Below are positions 27,493 through 35,419 of a DNA stretch of 64,000 bases, piece by piece. Both the position numbers and the translations under genes were made by a program. Source of the DNA: a virus; the IMG/VR virus record IMGVR_UViG_3300005578_000001, positions 1-64,000 of that record. One strand, given 5' to 3'. The notes under the pieces are model-generated. The model was not told the origin of the DNA, searched no databases, and saw nothing but the letters and a program-made list of their open reading frames with translations. Within the stretch, counting starts at the first letter, position 1; every line of letters begins with the position of its first letter.

Positions 27493-27531
27493 AAAGGCCG
27501 GGAATGCCCAGATCCCGGCCTTTTGGTTTTT
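27493..27531 (+). terminator. Intrinsic terminator
   Basis: AAAGGCCGGGA...TCCCGGCCTTTT followed by a T tract. Confidence 0.8.
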
Positions 27532-27621
27532 GTGATGTTGGTTTACTGTTTAGGCACCTTGTAGGCGGCATGGCCCCACAAACCAGCCGCCCGTCCTTCA
27601 TCGCTTAATGGAGCACGCTTT

Positions 27622-27828
27622 ATGGCACGCATGTTAACGAGTCTTCAATGGTGGGAGATTACCGGCTACTGTGTTGCGCTAGGTCTAGTTGTTTTAGCTG
27701 CTTTAATGGATAAGATCGGCGGGCCGGACTCTGCGTCGGAACGCCTAAGCGGCATAATTGCGACTCTCGGCATCCTCGGATTCCTTGTAGTCTTCACAAT
27801 CGGTTTTGTGCTCAGGTTTGTGATCTAG
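27622..27828 (+). CDS. Small two-TM membrane protein
   Basis: GGAG RBS; two hydrophobic helices. Confidence 0.6.
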   Translation: MARMLTSLQWWEITGYCVALGLVVLAALMDKIGGPDSASERLSGIIATLGILGFLVVFTIGFVLRFVI

Positions 27829-27863
27829 GGACAAGGGCCGTGCCAGATTTTCAATTCCAGATT

Positions 27864-28358
27864 TCAGATTAGGACACTACCCAGTTTCGGTTTCGGCAGT
27901 GACTTCACCGGGGCGAGGTCAATAGCCAGTTCTTTCTTTGCGTCCCGGCCCGCTTGACTGAGCTTAGCAGCTACTCCCATAGCATGATCGTATCGAGCCT
28001 GTCCGATGCCATCTAAGCGCTCACGTGGCACAATAGCCAAGCGCCGGAACGCGCGTCCTGTATGCCGGATTCCCTGTTTGATGTTTCGCTCCGACTCTTT
28101 CAGGCGATCAGCCGGATTGAGAAACTTCAATCCGATTCCATGGATCCACTCACTGTCGATGTCGCGATCGTTGCGGAGTCTGCGCCGCCATGCGTTCACC
28201 ACACCGTAATAGCGATTGGTTTTAGCGGGGATTTTTATTAACGCTTCGAACTCTGAGTGACGGATCACTTGATCTTCATCCGGCGTGGGAAATGCCTCTT
28301 CCAGCTTGCGCACGTCGGGGCCGTAGGGAATGCCATTTACTAACTGAGCAGGTTTCAT
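27864..28358 (-). CDS. Hypothetical protein, last gene of the Cas7-like operon
   Basis: GGAG RBS, ATGA coupling; basic, wHTH-like N-terminal half and helical C-terminal half. Confidence 0.75.
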   Translation of the reverse strand: MKPAQLVNGIPYGPDVRKLEEAFPTPDEDQVIRHSEFEALIKIPAKTNRYYGVVNAWRRRLRNDRDIDSEWIHGIGLKFLNPADRLKESERNIKQGIRHTGRAFRRLAIVPRERLDGIGQARYDHAMGVAAKLSQAGRDAKKELAIDLAPVKSLPKPKLGSVLI

Positions 28359-28525
28359 TTCTTGTTTCTCCGATCCTTCATAAGCTCGGAAATAGATCCT
28401 TTCATTTCCACAGGTTTCTTTCTTCCGGCAAGTTGTTTGTTTACCTGAAGCGAATAGGTCAAAGCGCCCTTATGCTTACCATGCTTCCAGAATGCGCTGG
28501 ATTTCTGTCGCGTTTTGATTCTCAT
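28355..28525 (-). CDS. Small basic ORF directly after the repeat array
   Basis: ATG 10 nt after the last hairpin; stop overlaps the next ATG; no clear RBS. Confidence 0.4.
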   Translation of the reverse strand: MRIKTRQKSSAFWKHGKHKGALTYSLQVNKQLAGRKKPVEMKGSISELMKDRRNKK

Positions 28526-28534
28526 GGCAGTTAT

Positions 28535-28940
28535 ACGCCATTGGCGTCGTTGCTTAACCTGTCCGGGCCTTCCACGCTCCGCAACGCATAGCCGTGGATC
28601 GCTTAGCAATATAGAGCAAACTAATTTCAGGCCATTGGCCCCCATGACGTACCGAGCCCAGTAGGGCCGCGCAATGCACCGCTATAGCAATGCTCCGCGT
28701 TGGGAAAATCTATAATTGCAATAGGCCATAGGCCCCTAGCCATGCACGGCCTTACTACGGTGTGCCGCTCGCAGCCGAGCAACTGCCGGGCGCAGGCTGG
28801 CCCTGCTCTACGCAGAACTCTATATGATTTCAAAATGGACCATTGGTCCCCCCGCGCTGCGTTACCAACCTAGCCGCACAAAGGGCTACAGTGCCGGGCC
28901 GCGCGTCGCCACCCGAGGATAGCTCTGCTATACGGAGCCG
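28535..28940 (-). ncRNA. Four-unit array of NGY-NN pentamer repeats, each unit closed by a CC-WAT-GG hairpin (putative guide RNA array)
   Basis: Hand phasing shows 5-nt periodicity; hairpins at 28837-28849, 28724-28734, 28630-28640, 28535-28547; AT-rich linkers. Confidence 0.8.
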
Positions 28941-28947
28941 AAAACTT

Positions 28948-29607
28948 CTATTCTTCAACGGTTGCCTCAAACATTCCAAACTGCCCCGGCGTAGGGCTTC
29001 CCGGTCGCCAGTTTCCTAACCCCTTGTAGCGACCTGCTAATTCAAGGATCTGTCGGAGAATCTTGACTGTAATCGCCTCATCCATGATGACGATCCGCCC
29101 CTCAGTGGCCCACTGCTCGAAGCGTGGCCGCACTCGTATATGCTTACTTTGACCTACGCGCACGCGCTTGACGAACAACGAGAATCCAAGCTTCCGCACC
29201 CCTTCGATATGTTCGACAAAATGAGCCTTGTCCTTAAGATCGTTGATATCAGACATAGAGATCGTCGCGCCTGAGCCATTAATGAAGAGAGGCCAGTGAA
29301 ACTCAGGGCATAACAAACCGCTTTGCGATTGTGCCTTAAAAGTCTTCTTCCCCGATCCGGTCGGCACCTGAGCCCCGCCTTCCATCAGACAGCGCATGAT
29401 ATATTCACTTGGAATGGTAACGATTTCCCCGTCCGTATTCAGCGAGCCAATCCAGCGAAACGGCGGCGTTCGATCGTCGCCAGCTTTCGACTTCGCTTTA
29501 TTCTCAGGTTCTTTACGCCACTCGTCCATCGCGTCAGACCACTCGATATTATCAGCGTGCATGAGTAGGGGCGTTAAGCCCTTAATGGTAACTTTTACGT
29601 TTAACAT
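28948..29607 (-). CDS. Stand-alone Cas7/RAMP-like protein (Vipr-like)
   Basis: VTIKGLTPLLMH first strand, IPSEYIMRCL, RVRPRFEQW, C-terminal Gly loop AGRYKGLGNWRP....GQFGMF. Confidence 0.75.
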   Translation of the reverse strand: MLNVKVTIKGLTPLLMHADNIEWSDAMDEWRKEPENKAKSKAGDDRTPPFRWIGSLNTDGEIVTIPSEYIMRCLMEGGAQVPTGSGKKTFKAQSQSGLLCPEFHWPLFINGSGATISMSDINDLKDKAHFVEHIEGVRKLGFSLFVKRVRVGQSKHIRVRPRFEQWATEGRIVIMDEAITVKILRQILELAGRYKGLGNWRPGSPTPGQFGMFEATVEE

Positions 29608-29619
29608 AGACCGTTTCCC

Positions 29620-29901
29620 TTAGAGCCCAAAAACCTCACGGGCTTTTTCCAATCGTTGTAGATAGCCGCCATTACGTTTGCCTGCTTTAGAAGCCCAGCG
29701 AAACCGATGGCCGGGGAATACTTCAGCTTGGTCTACCAGTCCCGCTTTAACCAGCTTAGCGGTATGCGCACGTACCGTTCGCGCTGAAATAGCGCCTTCG
29801 ATTTGCTGCGCGATCTCCGAGTTGGTCAGCCACTTACTTTCGTCGCCGCGCAGGACTAAGTAAACTTTTAATTCGTGGATTGAGACTTCGCTTTTCTCCA
29901 T
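29620..29901 (-). CDS. Winged-helix DNA-binding protein, leaderless first gene of the Cas7-like operon
   Basis: WLTNSEIAQQ...ISARTVRAHTAKLVKAGLV; ATG 7 nt after the -10 box. Confidence 0.75.
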   Translation of the reverse strand: MEKSEVSIHELKVYLVLRGDESKWLTNSEIAQQIEGAISARTVRAHTAKLVKAGLVDQAEVFPGHRFRWASKAGKRNGGYLQRLEKAREVFGL

Positions 29902-29908
29902 ACGGCGG

Positions 29909-29937
29909 AGTATGGCATGGTGAGGCGAGGCAGTCAA
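29909..29937 (-). promoter_or_regulatory. Sigma70-type promoter of the Cas7-like operon
   Basis: TTGACT-17-CATACT. Confidence 0.65.
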
Positions 29938-29954
29938 CTATCAATATGACCGTA

Positions 29955-30000
29955 AACAAAAGAGACGCCACCCCACCCGCAGCGTCTCTCTCAATCAGTA
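29955..30000 (-). terminator. Intrinsic terminator, copy 2 of the direct repeat
   Basis: Minus strand GAGAGACGC...GCGTCTC-TTTTGTT after a TGA. Confidence 0.75.
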
Positions 30001-30249
30001 AACCTGATACCACTCACACAAGGGACACATCACTACTCCACAGTTGTACATGAAATCCTTGTGGTAGGCATCGCAGTAGGTAGTGGAGTGACTTTGATAG
30101 CATTGATAAAGCAACGCCTGGTAGTCCTGAAAACAAGTTGACTGGCAGTTAGTGCAGAACTTATCCATACACTTAGCCGGAGGCGCGGAGCTGAAGAATA
30201 CGCTCAAGCTCAAGAGCATGAGCATGGCCATGAGAATTAGTTTGCGCAT
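29995..30249 (-). CDS. Small secreted Cys-rich protein
   Basis: AAAGGA RBS; signal peptide; 9 Cys in about 60 aa. Confidence 0.7.
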   Translation of the reverse strand: MRKLILMAMLMLLSLSVFFSSAPPAKCMDKFCTNCQSTCFQDYQALLYQCYQSHSTTYCDAYHKDFMYNCGVVMCPLCEWYQVY

Positions 30250-30444
30250 TTGAGTTTTCCTTTTGTTAGATGAGTGATTTGCGAGGAGTTAACAGGAAAG
30301 ACGCTACCCGCTGGAAACGTCTCTCCTGCTCTTTTCCCGTTGCTGACCAGTTAGAACCATTAGCTGGAATCAACAACTTGACTTTCCTTTTAACTCGTCC
30401 CTCCTTTCAAGGTTGGATTTGACTACTTCCCTGCTTGATAGAAT

Positions 30445-30816
30445 TTAATCGCTATCACCGTACTCCCATTGACTACGACAGCGCGGGCAAGTCTGGATAC
30501 CTTCAAACCAGTGGAAAGTGTACTCGCCATTGAATGATGTTCCGGTTCGTTCACATTTAAACCAGCCTTCAAAACTACCCCATTCCCAGCTATAGCCGCA
30601 AAACTCACAAGGATCGTAGTGACCCGGATAGCACCACCTAATCCACCATTTCTTAATCGGCGCTCGCTTGCCTGTGCTCCAGTACAACTTACTACCACCA
30701 TGAGCCCAGACCCAGAGCCGTATCTGTAACCAATAGTAACCAAACCAGCGCCAGAACAGAGGGTGATCTGAATGCCATGCAAGTTGATCTTTGTTGTCAG
30801 CTATCGCACTCATCAC
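30445..30816 (-). CDS. Trp-rich Zn-ribbon hypothetical protein
   Basis: CEFCG...CPRC. Confidence 0.5.
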   Translation of the reverse strand: MMSAIADNKDQLAWHSDHPLFWRWFGYYWLQIRLWVWAHGGSKLYWSTGKRAPIKKWWIRWCYPGHYDPCEFCGYSWEWGSFEGWFKCERTGTSFNGEYTFHWFEGIQTCPRCRSQWEYGDSD

Positions 30817-31023
30817 TTTTCCTTTACGTAATCCGGCAAGCTGCGCGAACTATTCGACGCTTCCCGATCCTGTACCTTCGGCATGATCTCTTGGAGTTTT
30901 CGCTGGAGTACAGAAACCGTCAACATTACTTCCTGCCGCTCACTTGCGTTAAGGAACGTGAATGTACTCGTAAAGGGATCGAACACTGAGAGGTTCAGGT
31001 AGAAGCCGAGCAGGAAATCATAC

Positions 31024-31320
31024 TCAGTCTTGGAATTTGTGATCGTGTCCATTTGAATCTCCAAATTGCGCCTTGAGTGTGCGTAGGGTAGCGATTGTTG
31101 CGGTCAGTTTACTTACGTCAACTCTAATCGCTTTCATCTTCTCATACTCCGTCGCAGTAATCTCATAAGTAGTGAAGCGCGCGCCACAGTGCAAGCACTC
31201 ATGCCGCCGTCGCCGGCACTTACCTGAAACTGAGTCGCGCGAGTCCAGTACTGAGCTACTGCCGCGATGACACTTTGGGCAGCCTAGACCGACTGGAAAT
31301 GTGCGGGTAGAACGTTTCAT
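31024..31320 (-). CDS. NrdR-like N-terminal Zn-ribbon protein (no ATP cone)
   Basis: CPKC..SSVLDSR..RRRRHECLHCGARFTTYE. Confidence 0.8.
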   Translation of the reverse strand: MKRSTRTFPVGLGCPKCHRGSSSVLDSRDSVSGKCRRRRHECLHCGARFTTYEITATEYEKMKAIRVDVSKLTATIATLRTLKAQFGDSNGHDHKFQD

Positions 31321-31688
31321 CGGTCAGTACGGATCGTCTTTGTCGAAATCGTAAATATCAAACTCACCATCGCCACATTCGGAACATTGCTCTAGCTCAC
31401 GCCCGTAAAGCTGTCGCCAGATCGGATAATCAGGTGTTGAGCAATTCCGGCAGTACTCGCCGCCGTCGTTAATTACTTCGGAAAGCCATTGACTCATGGG
31501 CCATCATCTCTCCTTTGTATAATCCGGCGTCGTGCGTTTAATTGCCGCGTCCACGTCCAGTAACTTCGCCCCGGTGCCGCTGGTAGTGGTAGCGAGGGGA
31601 AGGCCCTGTTTCTCGGCGTCAGACTGCCACTCAGGCTGTTCCAGCTTATCTAGTACCTCGTCAATTTCGCGGTTGGTGGGAGGGGTGG

Positions 31689-32570
31689 TCATACTGCGAC
31701 CTCCGCTTTGATTGTGGGATAGGGATCATAATTCGACAGTTTTAGATTCTCGTACTTGAACGTCAGTAATCTTGATAACGGCGTCCAGAACGATTCTTCC
31801 GCTTCTTCCCATAGGCTGACAGTCAGTTCCGGCAACGGCTTCGGTGTTCGTGTTAGCTGCTCTCTAACTTGAGAAATGTGATTCTTGTAGATATGTACAT
31901 CACCGAAGCTAATAACCAGATCCTTCGGCTCGTATCGTTTTGTTGCGCGGGCAATCAAAGTAAGTAGAAGCGCGTAACTGGCGATGTTAAAGGGCAGGCC
32001 GAGAAAGCTGTCGATACTACGCGCATAAAGATGAAGCGACATATATTGGTTAGGGTGAACTTTAACCTGCCAGAGAGTGTGACACGGAGGCAGAGCAACG
32101 CGGTCACAGGAATTCGGGTCCCATCCCGAGACAATATGCCTACGAGAGTTTGGATTCTTTTGTAGATCGGTCATTAGTCGCGAGATTTGATCCAGTCCGC
32201 CAACGCGACCGTATTGACGACAGGGATATTCGCCACCAAAGTTACGCCAAAGATAGCCGTACACTGGTCCCAGATCGCCCGCCTGACGCCCAAATTTTGC
32301 ACACTGCTCCTCGGTAGCCCACTCTTGCCAGATGTTAACACCAGACTGCTCTAGTTCATGTTCGTTTGTACTGCCGCGCAGAAACCAGAATAGCTCCTCT
32401 GCAATCCAGCGCAAAGGCAGTTTCTTAGTGGTTAATAGTGGGAATCCTTCACGCAGATCAAAGCGAATCTGTTCCCCGAACAATGAGAGCGTACCGACTC
32501 CGGTTCGATCATCGTGTTGCTCACCGCGGGTGAGAATCTTGTCGAGTAATTCTAAGTATTGTTGCATCAT
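31689..32570 (-). CDS. thyA: Thymidylate synthase
   Basis: DRTGVGT, FPLLTTKK, ELFWFLRG, LGPVYG, SRRH, LPPCH, RSIDSFLGLPFNIASY, GDVHIYKNH. Confidence 0.97.
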   Translation of the reverse strand: MMQQYLELLDKILTRGEQHDDRTGVGTLSLFGEQIRFDLREGFPLLTTKKLPLRWIAEELFWFLRGSTNEHELEQSGVNIWQEWATEEQCAKFGRQAGDLGPVYGYLWRNFGGEYPCRQYGRVGGLDQISRLMTDLQKNPNSRRHIVSGWDPNSCDRVALPPCHTLWQVKVHPNQYMSLHLYARSIDSFLGLPFNIASYALLLTLIARATKRYEPKDLVISFGDVHIYKNHISQVREQLTRTPKPLPELTVSLWEEAEESFWTPLSRLLTFKYENLKLSNYDPYPTIKAEVAV

Positions 32571-32791
32571 CGCTCCTCAATCGCTTGTCGTAGATAGACC
32601 GCAAGATCCAATGCTTCTTCGTAAGCGTCCTGCAATGCATCACGTCCGTTATTCGCCTGCAATGGCGTTCCATAGCGCTCTCGGCCTACGTGATCACGCT
32701 TGTGCATGTCCGCAATGACCAGTTCCCAGATCGGTCGAGAGTTATTGGCTACAGGTTCAGGTTGCGCTTCATTGATCATCCAATCCTCCAC
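32567..32791 (-). CDS. Small all-alpha NTP-pyrophosphohydrolase-like protein
   Basis: GRERYGTPL..DAYEEALDLAVYL; adjacent to thyA. Confidence 0.55.
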   Translation of the reverse strand: MEDWMINEAQPEPVANNSRPIWELVIADMHKRDHVGRERYGTPLQANNGRDALQDAYEEALDLAVYLRQAIEER

Positions 32792-33352
32792 ACTGGTCCA
32801 ACTTTCTCACCCTCACCCCCACACCACTCTTGAGCTAAGCTGCGCTGATGTCGTCGGAGCCGTCGTCACTCTGGTCCAGTAGCTCGATAATCTTATCCAG
32901 CTTATCCATAATCACAGCTAAGATGAAAATTATAATAAGGCTTGTCACCGCCAGCGCTATAACCATCTCTCACTCTCCACTCGTAGCGGCGGTTGCGTTG
33001 CTGAGCCTTAACCTCGCTTCCGTAATCAACGCTAGAATGTTTCCAGTATGTCGCCACGCATCGTTAAGCGCCTCCAACTCAGAATTGCCCTCGCCTAAGA
33101 TGCAGAAGGTTTCGAACCATACTTCGTAGCGATGGTTATCGCCGGGCTGGGCCTGCTCGATATAGATAGCTCCAGCGTCGCCATGAAATTCCTTTGATGA
33201 CTTAGTCACTTGAACCTCCCGCTGCACCTTGCGTTGTGCGACCCGACGCCTGCATTAGCCCACGGATACGGGCTAGCTCTGCAAGCACACCTACCAGTAA
33301 CCCTACGCAAGCCGAGCCATAAAAGATCATCAGGAATAATGCTATACCCATC

Positions 33353-33907
33353 TCAATCACCTCCTGAAACGCTCCGAGCATCTAGCGCACTTTCCATCCC
33401 GTCCCCGGTGCTCGGAATAGAACCAATTGCCGCGCCATTCGTTAACGATGGCTGCGCTGCATCTCGAGCATCGAACTTTCCCGCGACGAACTTGTGATAC
33501 CCTAGGTATCCCATGCTCTTATCGTGGATCGGGTTATCTGCCAGCGCGTCGCAGGGCATGAGTCCGCCGTTATCGTCTACTTCGTAGGTACAACGCGGAG
33601 CTTTGCCAGCGGGTTTAATCTGTTCGGCCAAAGACACTGCCCGTCTCGATCTGGTTGGTTGATAGACGTGGTAGCCGACGCGGTTAGCCTGCGTATGGAC
33701 GGGATGAGTCTTGATATGATCGCAGGCAGCACATTGACCTTTTCGCTCGACCGCTGCCTTCTTCTTTACAGGCTTGGCTTCAGGTTCCGGCTCCGGTACG
33801 CACAGGTCAAGAAACAGCAGGTATTCGTCGGCGCTAAGATTCTCCTGCACGTAATGAACCATACCATTCACTCGTTGAATCGTTTCCGTCAGTGGACTCC
33901 GTGGCAT
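33353..33907 (-). CDS. Hypothetical protein with two Cys/His motifs
   Basis: CAACDH...HPVH...YH and C...NPIH...YH. Confidence 0.55.
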   Translation of the reverse strand: MPRSPLTETIQRVNGMVHYVQENLSADEYLLFLDLCVPEPEPEAKPVKKKAAVERKGQCAACDHIKTHPVHTQANRVGYHVYQPTRSRRAVSLAEQIKPAGKAPRCTYEVDDNGGLMPCDALADNPIHDKSMGYLGYHKFVAGKFDARDAAQPSLTNGAAIGSIPSTGDGMESALDARSVSGGD

Positions 33908-34678
33908 TGTTAATCTCCTTGTTCTCTTTTAAGATTCTCGTTAATCCTTCAACTAGTGCTTCTGCTTGAATATCAGTTAGCGGAATTAGCTCACTACGGC
34001 TGTAAGGATAGATGCCTTTCAGTACTCGACGCCGTCCTTCCCAGTCGTAGACCACGTCAATTCCGTGGCCTGTTTGCATGTGAATTGACATCGCTCGTCT
34101 CCTGTCTCTTTAGTCGTAGCCATTGCAGAAACCGTTCAAACCTCCACTCGTAAGCTGGGAGATCCTCAGCCTCCCCGACTGCCTCATCGATAAACTCCCG
34201 CATCAACTGACGCAGTTCATCCAAATCGATCACAATCCCCTGTCTTGGTCTAACTATACTGAACCTACGCGGGGTCTTTAGTGGCATTACTTCCCCCACC
34301 TCGCATTTACGGGTTGCCGGGTATCGTCGGCGGGGGGTATCTCGGTAAGTTCTGAATGCATCTTCTTGCCGACTCCGATCAGATCATCCGCGTGATGCTT
34401 CAGAGTTTGACGATCCGGTTCGTCGAGATCGGATTCGTAGAGGCAAAGGAACTCAGATAATACTCTGTCCAGTCTACCAATTACTAAATCAAAGTTGTCT
34501 CGATTCATTTCATCTCCTCCGTTCAGTGAGAATTGAACCCTGCCCGCAAACACACTTCCCACTCCCATCCAAATACACATGCCTCGGCTTCAATCCTGCG
34601 CCGCGATCCTCGCATTGCAACTGCGCGATCTTCTCCGCGGTCCACTGGTCAGCCTCCTGCTTAACTTTTCTCTCACCC

Positions 34679-35419
34679 TCATCCATCCAGCAATCCTCCC
34701 TGACGTTCTTTAGCTGCAATCAGGTGGTACATGCTCGGTTGCGCTTCGTTACAGCGACGAGCGGCGATCTCGCAGTATTTCTCCTCAAGTTCGATTCCGA
34801 TTGCTTTGCGGCCTAAGTCTTTAGCGGCGCGGAGGGTGGTGCCGCTACCGAGGTATGGATCGATTATCAGATCGCCCTCTCGGGTTGATACTTGGATTAG
34901 CTGCCCGATAATGTCGACGTCCTTTTCCGTAGGATGTCCAAACTCAGATGATGCGCAGGTTGTGCGTTTTACTTTTGAATAGAACTGAAACGGAGCATCA
35001 TTATTGAAATAGCACTTGCCTGCTTCACGGTAGAACAAAAGGAATTCAATGTCTGAGAGATACTTATTGTTTTTAGTCGGGATAGGGTTAGCTTTCGTAT
35101 AAGCAAGCACGTCCCAACCCCACCCCGACTGACTAAGAAACACCGTGTACTCTGGCAGTAGATCCTTCGAGCAAAAGATATACCCGTGGGCCGACTTCCC
35201 AACCGTCGAAAGAGTGGATATAAACCATTGCGGGTCAAACTCGCTAAGCGGTTTTATGGAACGATAGGTCTCCCTTCTAGCTATCATCCCGCCGCCGCCC
35301 GTGCTTTGCTTGTAAGGCGGATCAGTAAGCAGCAGATCGCATTTCGGCAAAGATGATAGCACTTCGCGGGCATCACCGTGATAGATCGTAATTCCATTTT
35401 CTTCGTAGTACGACCTCAT
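34679..35419 (-). CDS. Orphan N6-adenine/N4-cytosine DNA methyltransferase (beta class)
   Basis: TDPPY, HPTEK, DPYLGSGTT, IGIELEEKYC. Confidence 0.92.
   Translation of the reverse strand: MRSYYEENGITIYHGDAREVLSSLPKCDLLLTDPPYKQSTGGGGMIARRETYRSIKPLSEFDPQWFISTLSTVGKSAHGYIFCSKDLLPEYTVFLSQSGWGWDVLAYTKANPIPTKNNKYLSDIEFLLFYREAGKCYFNNDAPFQFYSKVKRTTCASSEFGHPTEKDVDIIGQLIQVSTREGDLIIDPYLGSGTTLRAAKDLGRKAIGIELEEKYCEIAARRCNEAQPSMYHLIAAKERQGGLLDG

Noticed and set aside
28355-28833. ORF-track calls 28355-28645, 28627-28833 and 28292-28591 over the array
   Set aside because: No RBS, and the R/A/G/C/P-biased translation is a by-product of the 5-nt repeat; only the part from ATG28525 is plausible.
28535-28940. 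Canonical CRISPR array
   Set aside because: No identical 23-47 bp repeats with unique spacers, and no cas1, cas2 or other cas genes.
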